Shown: one piece after another, positions 36,205 to 45,910 of the stretch | Position numbering within the stretch: the stretch's first letter is position 1 | How the letters are laid out: every line of letters begins with the position of its first letter | Assembly (NCBI GenBank): GCA_965249555.1 | Contig: OZ252243.1 | Coordinates: 96,001 to 160,000, forward strand | Length of the DNA stretch: 64,000 nt | DNA from: Nitrosopumilus sp. | GTDB lineage: Archaea; Thermoproteota; Nitrososphaeria; Nitrososphaerales; Nitrosopumilaceae | Reading direction: 5' to 3' | Translations under genes and position numbers: made by a program | The notes under the pieces: generated by a model | What the model saw: only the letters and a program-made list of their open reading frames with translations | The model's database searches: none | What the model was told of the DNA's origin: nothing

Positions 36205-38698
36205 CTTTGAACTCTTTTCTCATACTTTTAAGGAATTTTGAGTTTATTCGTATTCGCTCAAGGGTTTGAGTTTGAGTTCGCTCTGTGCCAGGGGTTGGAT
36301 TTTTCTTGAAAAATTGTATTATTTCTTTTTCCATAGAATCATCAGCTACAAAAGTGATACTAGATACAATTCGATTAAACAATGGGTTTCCATGTCCAAC
36401 TTTTTTGTTTAATTTTTTCCAATTTTTCTTTAACCACGGCCACAATACTTTGTCACCATATGGATTTGCAGCAACTTTCATAATTGGTAACTGCATATTT
36501 TGAGAACGGACTTTGGATGTTTGAGAAAAGTTAAGGGATTTTAAGAGTAATTTTGTATCTTTAAACCCACACATTGCACCTAAGAAACGAAGTTTTTCTT
36601 CCATGGTTTTTGCATTTTTGTATAGTTTTGTCAGTTCAGCATGAGTTTTTGCATTTCCATTCCATGCTGCAATTGAGCATATTGGTTCTACTAAATCAGG
36701 TGACAAAGAACTAGGAGATTTTAAGAATTTTTTATACCATCCAAGTGCCTTTTCTGTAACTTCTTCATCATCCATTTTTCCCAATGCAGAGATTGCAAAT
36801 GAACGAAGTAGGGCATCAGTATGTTTGTCTGATTTTTTAGAATCCCATCCCACATTAAATAAAATTTTTCTGAAATAATTTACTGCATATCCACGAATTT
36901 CTTCTACAAATTTTTCATTAAATGCACGAAAGTACAGTAAAGCTAAATTGTGTGCCACATTAACTGATGCAAGATAGCTATCTTCATCAAAATATGCATC
37001 AGAAAAGTCAAGATAATTTCTTACATCTTCATCACCTGAAACACAAAGTGAAAATAAGTCATTTTGAATTGCCCATCTATCAATGGCAGGAATACGTTTT
37101 TCATCTACTAGCATCTTCAAATCAAGTAAAATTCCTTCATCATACTTTACGCGATAGAATCCTTGTCGTCCATAGTTTGCAACAAAACCTATTGTATTAT
37201 TTGGAATCTTTATTGACATTGATTTTTTTGAAAATAGTCTTTTAGAAATTTCACTTTCTAGACCTAGTGATAAGGGAATGGACCATAAACCTTTGCTGAA
37301 TTTTTTATCAGATTCAAGCAAGTATCTCTTTTGTTTGAGTTTCAGGGTATTGCCATCTTGGTTAATCTCAACTAATGGAAACCCGGGTTGTTTGAGCCAG
37401 GTATTTATCATAGAAGTAACAGGCATCCCTGATGCTTTGCCAATTGCATTCCACAAATCTGCACCTTCAGCATTTTTGTATTTGAAATCAGAGAGATATT
37501 TTTTGAGTCCTTTGCGGAAGTTGGGCTCGCCTACATAATGCTCAAGCATTCTCAATACACACCCGCCCTTGTCATAAGAAATGGCATCAAAGATTTCTCG
37601 AACTTCAGCGGGTGAATTTACTTTAACATCAATTGGATGGGTTGTCTTTAAAGAATCAAGGTCCATTGCAGTATTCATTGCATCCTCAACAAACTGATTC
37701 CACAAATCCCATTCAGGATAGAATTTATCAACAAACTTTGTTGCCATAAAAGTTGCAAAGCTTTCATTTAGCCACAAATCATTCCACCATTTCATGGTAA
37801 CAAGATTTCCAAACCACATATGTGCAATCTCATGGGAGATTACTTCAGCAATGAATTGTTTAGTTCTAGTGGATGATGTTTTTGGATCATAAAGTAGAAT
37901 GGTTTCTCTAAAAGTTATTGCACCCCAATTCTCCATTGCACCAGCTGCAAAGTCTGGAATTGCAATCAAGTCAAGTTTGGGTAACGGGTATTTTATTCCA
38001 AAATATTTTTCATAAGATGTAAGAAGTTTTTTACCTAATTCTAATGAGAATTTGCCTTTTGATTTATTTCCTTTTGTAGTTATTACCCTAATCTGTATTT
38101 TACCAGTCTTTCCAGTTAGATATTCAAATTCACCAACACCAAGATAGATCAAATAGGTTGAAACAGTGGGGGTCTTGTAAAATTTGTAAATAGTTTTACT
38201 TTTAATTTTTTTCTTTGATTTTATTGGCATATTTGAAATTGCAGTGTATTTGTTCTCTGCAATAATTGAAATCTCAAATGTTGCCTTTGTTTGGGGCTCA
38301 TCCCAACAAGGAAATGCACGTCTAGCGTCTGCTGCCTCAAACTGTGTTGTGGCAAGATACTTTGTTTTTCCACCTTGTTTGTACTGACTACGATAAAATC
38401 CAAGTAGTCTGTCATTTAAAATTCCTTGAAACTCCAAGTTGATTGTTGCTTTGCCTTTAATTTTTGATCCTAGTTTGATTTGTAATTCTTCTTTTTTCTC
38501 ATTTGTTTTTAGAGTAGATTTGATGGGTTTTCCTGCAGATTTCACTTTACATGACTTTATCTTTAGTTCAGCGCAATGCATTGTAATTGTACTAGTAGGT
38601 TTTTTGCAAACTACCGAAATTAATTCAGTTCCATTAAAGGTGAATTTTTTAAGATCAGGCTCAAAAGTTAATTCATAGTTAATTGGAGTAGTATCCAC
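36197..38698 (-). CDS. pepN: M1-family zinc aminopeptidase
   Basis: GAMENWG, HEIAHMW...LWLNES, ERAP1-like C-terminus. Confidence 0.95.
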   Translation of the reverse strand: MDTTPINYELTFEPDLKKFTFNGTELISVVCKKPTSTITMHCAELKIKSCKVKSAGKPIKSTLKTNEKKEELQIKLGSKIKGKATINLEFQGILNDRLLGFYRSQYKQGGKTKYLATTQFEAADARRAFPCWDEPQTKATFEISIIAENKYTAISNMPIKSKKKIKSKTIYKFYKTPTVSTYLIYLGVGEFEYLTGKTGKIQIRVITTKGNKSKGKFSLELGKKLLTSYEKYFGIKYPLPKLDLIAIPDFAAGAMENWGAITFRETILLYDPKTSSTRTKQFIAEVISHEIAHMWFGNLVTMKWWNDLWLNESFATFMATKFVDKFYPEWDLWNQFVEDAMNTAMDLDSLKTTHPIDVKVNSPAEVREIFDAISYDKGGCVLRMLEHYVGEPNFRKGLKKYLSDFKYKNAEGADLWNAIGKASGMPVTSMINTWLKQPGFPLVEINQDGNTLKLKQKRYLLESDKKFSKGLWSIPLSLGLESEISKRLFSKKSMSIKIPNNTIGFVANYGRQGFYRVKYDEGILLDLKMLVDEKRIPAIDRWAIQNDLFSLCVSGDEDVRNYLDFSDAYFDEDSYLASVNVAHNLALLYFRAFNEKFVEEIRGYAVNYFRKILFNVGWDSKKSDKHTDALLRSFAISALGKMDDEEVTEKALGWYKKFLKSPSSLSPDLVEPICSIAAWNGNAKTHAELTKLYKNAKTMEEKLRFLGAMCGFKDTKLLLKSLNFSQTSKVRSQNMQLPIMKVAANPYGDKVLWPWLKKNWKKLNKKVGHGNPLFNRIVSSITFVADDSMEKEIIQFFKKNPTPGTERTQTQTLERIRINSKFLKSMRKEFKDG

Positions 38699-38814
38699 GT
38701 CTGAGGTACTTTAGTTACGCTTTAAGTAGATTTTCTATTTTTGAAATAATATATTATTGTCACAGATTGGAAAATCAAATAAAGTTTTAAAATACATAAT
38801 ATTCAATTACAATT

Positions 38815-39237
38815 ATGAAGCAAAAGACTGCATCACGAAGCATCAAAATTTTAGTTGCTAAACTAGGTCTTGATGGTCACGATAGAGGAGCCCTGGTGTT
38901 ATGTAGAGCATTTAGAGATGCAGGGATGGAGGTAATTTATTCAGGACTTTTTGCAACTCCAGAAAGAATTGCACAGATTGCAGAAGATGAAGATGTTGAT
39001 GCAGTAGCAATGAGTTTGCTTAATGGTGCACATGGAACACTTTTTCCCAGAGTAGTAAAAGCAATAAAGAAGAAAGGAATCAGCGACGTTCTTATTGTTG
39101 GTGGAGGAGTAATTCCAGATATTGATCACAAAGATTTGATCAAATCAGGAGTGAATCATGTGTTTGGTCCAGGTACATCACTACCAACAATCATTGATCA
39201 TATTACCATTGGCGTTTCTAAATTAAGAAAAATATAA
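38815..39237 (+). CDS. Methylmalonyl-CoA mutase small (cobalamin-binding) subunit
   Basis: KLGLDGHDRG, GGGVIP, FGPGT. Confidence 0.95.
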   Translation: MKQKTASRSIKILVAKLGLDGHDRGALVLCRAFRDAGMEVIYSGLFATPERIAQIAEDEDVDAVAMSLLNGAHGTLFPRVVKAIKKKGISDVLIVGGGVIPDIDHKDLIKSGVNHVFGPGTSLPTIIDHITIGVSKLRKI

Positions 39238-39241
39238 GAAA

Positions 39242-40240
39242 TTATTCTGTTGAATCAGGCCACATCATTTTACGCATTTCTTTACCAACTTTTTCAATTT
39301 GGTGTTCGTCATATTGTTTCATGTATTTGTCAAATGCGTCTTTACCACTTTTCTGATATTCAGAAATCCACTCTTTGTTGAATGTACCGTCTTGAATCAT
39401 GGTAAGGATATTTTTCATTTTTTCTTTGCTTGCAGAGTCCATCACCATTGGTCCACGAGTTAGACCGCCATATCTTGCAGTTTCACTAACGCGTCTCCAC
39501 ATTCCATTGATTCCATATCTCTGAATCATATCTACAATGAGTTTGAGTTCATGTAAAACTTCAAAGTATGCAATTTCTGGCTGATATCCTGCTTCAACTA
39601 GAGTTTCAAATGCATTAGTCACCATAGAAGCTGCACCACCACATAGGTCTGCTTGCTCACCAAACCAATCAGTTTCTACTTCTTCTTTGAATGTAGTTTT
39701 AATTAATCCGGCTCTAGCACTTCCGATTGCTTTTGCAATTCCTAATGTTCTATCCCATGCTTTTCCTGTAAAGTCTTGCTCAACTGCAACAATAGATGGA
39801 GTTCCAAAGTTGTCAAGATATGTTTCGCGAACTTTGGAGCCAGGCCCCTTTGGTGCAACCATGATAAGATCAACATTATTTGGAGCTTCAATCCATTTCC
39901 AATAGATTGCAGCTGCATGAGAAAATGACAATGCTTTTCCTTCAGAAAGATTTGGTTTAATTTCATCTTTGTATACTTTAGCTTGAATCATGTCTGGAAT
40001 CAATACGTGAATAATGTCTCCTTGCTTTGTTGCATCAGCCACTGACATTACTTTGTGACCATCTGCTTCTGCCTTTTTCCAGCTGTTACCGCCTTCCTTA
40101 AGACCAATTATCACATTTAGACCAGAGTCTTTCATGTTGTTTGCTTGTGCACTACCTTGAATTCCATAACCCAGTACTGCAATAGTTTGATCTTTTATTG
40201 GATCAAGACTGATATCATTATCTTTCCATGTTTTTGCCAT
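39242..40240 (-). CDS. ilvC: Ketol-acid reductoisomerase
   Basis: GYGIQG, APKGPG, EVETDWFGEQ, AYFEVLHELKLIVD. Confidence 0.97.
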   Translation of the reverse strand: MAKTWKDNDISLDPIKDQTIAVLGYGIQGSAQANNMKDSGLNVIIGLKEGGNSWKKAEADGHKVMSVADATKQGDIIHVLIPDMIQAKVYKDEIKPNLSEGKALSFSHAAAIYWKWIEAPNNVDLIMVAPKGPGSKVRETYLDNFGTPSIVAVEQDFTGKAWDRTLGIAKAIGSARAGLIKTTFKEEVETDWFGEQADLCGGAASMVTNAFETLVEAGYQPEIAYFEVLHELKLIVDMIQRYGINGMWRRVSETARYGGLTRGPMVMDSASKEKMKNILTMIQDGTFNKEWISEYQKSGKDAFDKYMKQYDEHQIEKVGKEMRKMMWPDSTE

Positions 40241-40278
40241 GATGTTGACTGGAATATTGCAAATATTAACTATGAAAT

Positions 40279-40398
40279 TTAGATTTCTATAATTTTATCA
40301 CATGAACGACATTTTACACGTACCCCATTACCAGGTAATTTAACAAATCTCTTGGAACCGCATTTAGGACAAATAGGACAAGCACGTACTGGTTCCAT
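40279..40398 (-). CDS. Micro zinc-ribbon protein (39 aa)
   Basis: MEPVRACPICPKCGSKRFVKLPGNGVRVKCRSCDKIIEI*. Confidence 0.55.
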   Translation of the reverse strand: MEPVRACPICPKCGSKRFVKLPGNGVRVKCRSCDKIIEI

Positions 40399-40421
40399 CA
40401 ATGCTTAGTAGAATGAGGTCA

Positions 40422-41342
40422 TTATTTGATTTTACCACTACCTAAAATTCTGATACTAGTAGATTCTGGTTTTAAAATCACAGCAATTTGATCCTTTTTG
40501 CATACAACTGGTTTTTCAAAGGTTAGTTTTAGAGGAGAAATTGATGAGAATTTGGCAGCTTTGATTTGCAATCCAATATTGACCAGACAGCCTTGGTTTT
40601 CTGCAATTTCACTCTTGTAGAAAGGATTCTTTTGAAAATCAAGCTCGATTTCTGTTTTTACATCTACTGCTCCTTCTTCAGAAATCACGTCCCCACGTCC
40701 GACTTCTTCAGGTTTTGCACCTTTTACGGCAAGCCCCACTCTTGCAGGACAGACAGATTCAGTTACCGGATCATCGTGCATTTGAATTGACTTTATGAGA
40801 ACATCAATTCCTGCAGGATACAGTTTAAGATTATCATATTGCTTTACTTTTCCGTTAGTTACTTTACCCAAAATTACAGTTCCGACACCTTTCACATCAA
40901 AGCAATGATCAATTACCATTTCAGCTTGTCCGTCATTTGAGATTACTGCAAGTTTATCCATCTCTTCTTTGATTTTATCCTGATCAACTTTTGTATATTT
41001 TTCAACTACTGTACCTTTGATCATTGCATCTAACTTTGAATCATCTACCTCAAAAGTATGAGACAGAATTCCTTTTTCTTTTTTTAGTGAATCAAGTGCG
41101 ATAATTTGCTCCCCAGTAAATTTATCTAATTTATCTACATGAAAAATCACATATTCTGCTAAATTAATTGCTTGAAATAATGGTTGTATTTTTTCAGGAA
41201 ACCCACTTGGAGTAACCCAAGTTTTGATTACATCAGATTCTTTTCTATCATAAAGAGTAAGATCAGTCTCTGTTCCTTTTTTTCCAAACTCAGATGCAAT
41301 ATCTTGCTTACCTAAAACCACAAAGTTTACAGATTCTACCAT
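40422..41342 (-). CDS. SelB-like / EF-Tu domain II-containing protein (degenerate G domain)
   Basis: IDHCFDVKGVGTVILG, IKSIQMHD, RVGLAVKG, RGDV. Confidence 0.85.
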   Translation of the reverse strand: MVESVNFVVLGKQDIASEFGKKGTETDLTLYDRKESDVIKTWVTPSGFPEKIQPLFQAINLAEYVIFHVDKLDKFTGEQIIALDSLKKEKGILSHTFEVDDSKLDAMIKGTVVEKYTKVDQDKIKEEMDKLAVISNDGQAEMVIDHCFDVKGVGTVILGKVTNGKVKQYDNLKLYPAGIDVLIKSIQMHDDPVTESVCPARVGLAVKGAKPEEVGRGDVISEEGAVDVKTEIELDFQKNPFYKSEIAENQGCLVNIGLQIKAAKFSSISPLKLTFEKPVVCKKDQIAVILKPESTSIRILGSGKIK

Positions 41343-41443
41343 TAGTTTTGAGTAAAAAAATTGGTTTAATGTAGGTTATTGTAATGCTTGAATGTTATTT
41401 TCAGGGGCATTGATTCAACCCCATATGGAAGCATCCCATTTTA

Positions 41444-41935
41444 ATGACTAAGATAGATGCAGCATCTAATAGAAATATGAAGATAGAACTGACTACAATG
41501 AATGAAAATACTTGTGTTAATTTTATAGAATCAATTAGAAGCCCACAAACAAAACGTAACTATACAAGGGATCTTAAAGTATTCTTGAATTTAATTCCAA
41601 ATAACATCTATGAAGATTATGATATAAAATCTCCAAAATCACATGAATTAGAGGATCTTTACACATCATTTGTAAACTTGGCAAAAAAAGATACCAGTAT
41701 AATTAAAACAATAATTAAATCATATGTATCAGAAATCAAGAAAAAAGTAGAATCAAAAGAACTCAATCCGAATTCAGTATCAAACAGAATAAAACCAATA
41801 AAGGTATTACTTACTGCAAATGAGATTGATATTTCTTGGAAGCTAATCAACAAGATGTTTCCACGTGAGACCAAGAGTGAAGATCTTAATGATGAGCTAC
41901 CCACGATTTCCAAAATAATTCACATAATAGTATAG
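41444..41935 (+). pseudogene. Truncated tyrosine recombinase/integrase (N-terminal SAM-like part only)
   Basis: IRSPQTKRNYTRDLKVF...LNPNSV..RIKPIKVLL..NEI..SWK; catalytic R-H-R-Y domain absent. Confidence 0.7.
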
Positions 41936-41972
41936 CCAACAGAACCCTAATTGACAAATTGTTAAATACTAT

Positions 41973-42227
41973 ATGTATCTATATGCATCTATGGAACAGT
42001 CAAGTATTGCAGTTTCTAAAAAATCAAAAGAAGCATGGGAGCAATTTAAAAATTATCCAAAGGAATCGATGGAAACCATGATTAATAGAATTTTAAAATC
42101 AAAAGCCGAGGAAGATGCAGATCTGCTTACAGAAAAAGACATTCTAGAAATCAAAGCATCAATTTTAGAAATTGAAAATGGCAACTACAAGACCCAATCC
42201 CAAATGAAAGAAAAGTATGGATTATAA
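41973..42227 (+). CDS. Putative antitoxin (RHH-like N-terminus, acidic C-terminus)
   Basis: SSIAVSK...ESMETMINRIL...EIENGNY; 2 bp upstream of the RelE-like gene. Confidence 0.7.
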   Translation: MYLYASMEQSSIAVSKKSKEAWEQFKNYPKESMETMINRILKSKAEEDADLLTEKDILEIKASILEIENGNYKTQSQMKEKYGL

Positions 42228-42229
42228 CT

Positions 42230-42490
42230 TTGGCACGTGTTTGGAGGGTGATTTATTCTTCTCGAGCCCAAAAAGATCTTCATGGTTTTGGAGAAGATCT
42301 TGCTAAAAAAATTATTTTATTAATGGACAAGATTGCTTTAGATCCTTACAAAATACTTGAAAAAATGACAAATTCACCGTTTTACAAATTTAGAATAGGA
42401 GTCTATCGTGGAATTGCAAATATTGTCAATGACAAACTGGTCTTACATATAGTCAAAACAAAACATCGTTCTCAGGTTTATAAAAAATAA
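42230..42490 (+). CDS. relE: RelE/ParE-family toxin
   Basis: VIYSSRAQKDL...YKFRIGVYR...HRSQVYK. Confidence 0.88.
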   Translation: MARVWRVIYSSRAQKDLHGFGEDLAKKIILLMDKIALDPYKILEKMTNSPFYKFRIGVYRGIANIVNDKLVLHIVKTKHRSQVYKK

Positions 42491-42551
42491 CCCTGTAATG
42501 TGTGGTGAAAGATAACGAAACTCGTATAGAATATACTTTTGAATAATTATC

Positions 42552-43972
42552 GTATGTATCAACCTTCACGCACAAATCAACACTATTACACAAAAAGATC
42601 TAAGATCAACTAAATCATCATACAAAACATGTCAGGTTGTGGTCATGAGAAAATCATCATACAGCTGCAAGCAGAGATAAAACAACTAAAACTAATCATA
42701 GAAAATCTCATAGAATCAAACAAGGAACTGCAAAAAAAGCTGTCATATTATGAGAATGCGCACTCTCCGCCATCAAAGAATTCCCTTGAATGGAGAAAGC
42801 AAAAAAGACAACACAGACAGCCAGGCAAATCAAGACGTGGTGGAATAGCAGGACACGTTGGCAAGACACAGAAATTCAGACCAACTAGCACCAAACACCA
42901 CAGATCAGATGCATGTCCCAAATGCGGTAGTGAAAATATTCATCAAACCAAAACCTGCAAAAGGATAATGGTTGAGATTCCTCCACCAACACCCTACGGT
43001 ATAACTGAGCATGTTTTGAATCAATACATCTGCATGGACTGTTCTGATAATTTTCAAACCACGGGAAACCTTCCACTACATGGATGTTTTGATGGTTCAG
43101 TGATACGTGAGGTCGTCTCACTGTTCTCAAAGAGATTGACATACGATGCTATCAGAACCACACTCTATGAAAGATATGGATTAGAAATCAGCAATACAAC
43201 CGTACAATCCATTCTTCGCAACGGTAGTGTGATGTTAGAGTCATTTTACAATACAATCCACAGCGAAATCGTGACTGAAAATATTCTCGGAATCGATGAG
43301 ACAGGATTTTCAATTGATGGAAATACTGGATGGATGTGGGTTGCAAGAAGCAAGACTAGTGCACAGTATGCCTTGGAGTACAGCAGAGGTGCCAATGTTC
43401 TAAAAAAGTACTGGAAGAAATTCAAAGGAACCCTAGTGTCTGACGGATATGCTCCGTACAGGACAGTATTTTGTGATAACACAAAGCAGAGATGCACCGC
43501 ACACCTGCAGCGCGATGCCAAATATCTGGCAATAAAATCACAGGACAAAAAGGCCAGGATTCTATATGAGAAACTCTCAGGGATGCTAGGTCATGCCAGG
43601 GTTTGGAGTGTAGGTAATCGTCATACAAAACGGCGGGAAACGTACAGGAATGATTTACTAAAACAGCTGGACCGTATCATTGCACGATATTTGAAAGGTG
43701 ATACGGAGATGGTTCAGTTTGGCAAGAAGCTAAAGACTGCAAGGAACAGCATGTTTACGTTTGTCATGGATGGCGATGTCCCGTCAACTAACAATGATGC
43801 AGAGAATTCCATTCGAAAGTGCGTGATGCAGAGGAATGTTCGCGGGCAGATGAAGAGTGATCAGGGCATGAGGATGATCTCAGTCTTTCTCACATGCTTT
43901 GAGACATGGAGAATAAGGGAATTGAACATGTTTTCTGAGATGGCAAAATACATCTAAGTGCTTGATTCATAC
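42552..43972 (+). mobile_element. IS66-family element, copy 2
   Basis: Ends GTATGTATCAA/TTGATTCATAC; 8-bp TSD TAATTATC at 42544-42551 and 43973-43980; near-identical to copy 1. Confidence 0.95.
42629..43957 (+). CDS. tnpC: IS66 transposase TnpC
   Basis: Same motifs as 1797-3146; coiled coil 7 aa shorter. Confidence 0.95.
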   Translation: MSGCGHEKIIIQLQAEIKQLKLIIENLIESNKELQKKLSYYENAHSPPSKNSLEWRKQKRQHRQPGKSRRGGIAGHVGKTQKFRPTSTKHHRSDACPKCGSENIHQTKTCKRIMVEIPPPTPYGITEHVLNQYICMDCSDNFQTTGNLPLHGCFDGSVIREVVSLFSKRLTYDAIRTTLYERYGLEISNTTVQSILRNGSVMLESFYNTIHSEIVTENILGIDETGFSIDGNTGWMWVARSKTSAQYALEYSRGANVLKKYWKKFKGTLVSDGYAPYRTVFCDNTKQRCTAHLQRDAKYLAIKSQDKKARILYEKLSGMLGHARVWSVGNRHTKRRETYRNDLLKQLDRIIARYLKGDTEMVQFGKKLKTARNSMFTFVMDGDVPSTNNDAENSIRKCVMQRNVRGQMKSDQGMRMISVFLTCFETWRIRELNMFSEMAKYI

Positions 43973-43979
43973 TAATTAT

Positions 43980-44186
43980 CTATTTTAAATTAACATATTG
44001 AATACAACAACGCAGACATACTGATAGACGTTGATTAGTTCCTAGTTTTAGACCCCTTTTTTCTTTATCCTGCATTTCTTGAATTGTGAAATAATTATGA
44101 ATCAATTTTCTAGTACAGTGTGGGCATGATTCTAGGGTATTAAAAATTGATTCAGTTGATATAATTTCGATTCGTTTTTTAGACAT
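43980..44186 (-). CDS. Small zinc-binding hypothetical protein
   Basis: CPHC...CLRC. Confidence 0.5.
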   Translation of the reverse strand: MSKKRIEIISTESIFNTLESCPHCTRKLIHNYFTIQEMQDKEKRGLKLGTNQRLSVCLRCCIQYVNLK

Positions 44187-44397
44187 TATACAATTTCATT
44201 TGTATAGCATATTATTCAAAGTTAAATATTTCCTTAAATGGGTTCGGGTAATCCACTTTTTTCAATAACATTTTGACTTGGCAAGTGATTTCGATTTTAA
44301 TATTAAACAAAAAATCTGCATCATAATTAGGGGGGGTTGTTACAAATAGCGAATTTACACAAAGTGCAAAGCATCTAGGTGTGAAAATAAAAGAAAG

Positions 44398-44847
44398 TTA
44401 GTAGTTATTCAATACCACTAATTGTCCTGTCATTGTAGGTTCATGATATGTACACACATACTCAAAAACACCTGTTTCTGTAGCAGAAAATTCTATGATT
44501 GTGTCTTCTCCTGCATTAATATCAGCATCTATGTCATATGGTGCAGACAAAGTAAATGTGTGATGTTCCTGAGTTTCTACAGGTTCTAGATTAGTAAAGT
44601 GAATTCGTACTGTATCACCTTTGTTTACCACAATAGAACCAAGTGAGAATTGATCAGGTGGGATTCCAAATTTATCCTCATCAATGTTTTCGTCAACTTG
44701 ACTAAACAGGTAGATATCTCTTGTTTGTGGATTGTATGAATTGGTGTTTCCTGTATATTCATCCATAATGGAGAATAAAGCCACAAAAATTGCAGCTATT
44801 GCTATAACAATTGCAGCAATTGAAAGACCGACAAGTTTTGTACTCAT
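44398..44847 (-). CDS. Membrane-anchored cupredoxin (type-1 copper) protein
   Basis: N-terminal TM; VNKGDTV, HHTF, YVCTYHEPTM (H-C-H-M ligand set). Confidence 0.88.
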   Translation of the reverse strand: MSTKLVGLSIAAIVIAIAAIFVALFSIMDEYTGNTNSYNPQTRDIYLFSQVDENIDEDKFGIPPDQFSLGSIVVNKGDTVRIHFTNLEPVETQEHHTFTLSAPYDIDADINAGEDTIIEFSATETGVFEYVCTYHEPTMTGQLVVLNNY

Positions 44848-45154
44848 TAATGCGGTTTGAAATATACATTCTATTTAATTGCCAAGATATTTCTTAGAAT
44901 GTACTCTACAAAGATAAAACAAGTCTTATCTCAGATGAAAATTAGGCTCTAAAAACTATACTAGTGAATTTTAACAAGGATATTCAGAAAGATCAATTGA
45001 AACTTCAGAATTTTCATCCAAAACTTGCAGATGATACAGTATGGACTTTCTATTAGAGGAGGGAGACACTCTAGGTTCCATAATAAAACATGAATTTTAC
45101 TATTCTATTAAAAACTAACGGATGAATCATACCATACCAATAGTTTACAGAAAG

Positions 45155-45907
45155 TTATGGAAATGAGTTTAGCACTGCAGCATAACTGGCAAATCTATGA
45201 TTTTTTGGCTTTACTAATTTTTGATGATACTTGCTGATTGGCTTTCCAATTGCACCCTTGAGACCAAGCGGCCCTTTCACATAACTTGCCTTATCAGCCC
45301 AATAAAGAACATCATCTGTAGGTGCATAATGATTAACAATTTTTTTGTTTATAATATTTTGAAGTAATTTACCATATTTTTTAGAAGATGGAATATCTTC
45401 AGTGATTGAGGCACCAAAAAAATAAACACTGTCTATAATTCCTGAATTTTGTCTCTTTTTTGCAAGATATTCAACAGTACTCAATATCACCTGAGAGCCC
45501 AAAGAGTGGCCTATTAATCGAATTTTGGTCTTTGGACTGATAATTTTAAAATCTTCAATAAACTTTCCAAGATTGCGTCCATTTTTCTTTGCAATTATTT
45601 GGCCAACTGCAAGTGCGTGTTTTGCATGAATTAATGAATAAGAACCTGTAGTGTTTGAATCATAACTAAAGCCAATTACTGGATGAGAATATCCTAATTT
45701 ACGCAGTCGATTTCTTGCCAAGACAACTTTGGCAACTGCCCCTGCACGGTCATTTTGTAGACCATGAATCATTATTGCAAGTTCTTTTGATCCAATTAAT
45801 TTTTTAAAATCTTTTTTTGGATACAAATAGTAGAAATTAGTTTTGATTGTTTTTCCAGTAGATAGATCATAATATCCCCTAGTAGAAATTCTTGTGACAG
45901 GTTTCAT
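45155..45907 (-). CDS. Alpha/beta hydrolase-fold protein
   Basis: MIHG, GHSLG nucleophile elbow, DDVL, C-terminal H. Confidence 0.8.
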   Translation of the reverse strand: MKPVTRISTRGYYDLSTGKTIKTNFYYLYPKKDFKKLIGSKELAIMIHGLQNDRAGAVAKVVLARNRLRKLGYSHPVIGFSYDSNTTGSYSLIHAKHALAVGQIIAKKNGRNLGKFIEDFKIISPKTKIRLIGHSLGSQVILSTVEYLAKKRQNSGIIDSVYFFGASITEDIPSSKKYGKLLQNIINKKIVNHYAPTDDVLYWADKASYVKGPLGLKGAIGKPISKYHQKLVKPKNHRFASYAAVLNSFP

Positions 45908-45910
45908 TTT

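Noticed and set aside
40422-41342. Selenocysteine machinery
   Set aside because: The SelB-like protein lacks an intact G domain; no tRNA-Sec, SelD or in-frame UGA genes were seen
41424-45162. TATGGAA as att direct repeat of the integrase island
   Set aside because: Only 7 bp; expected by chance
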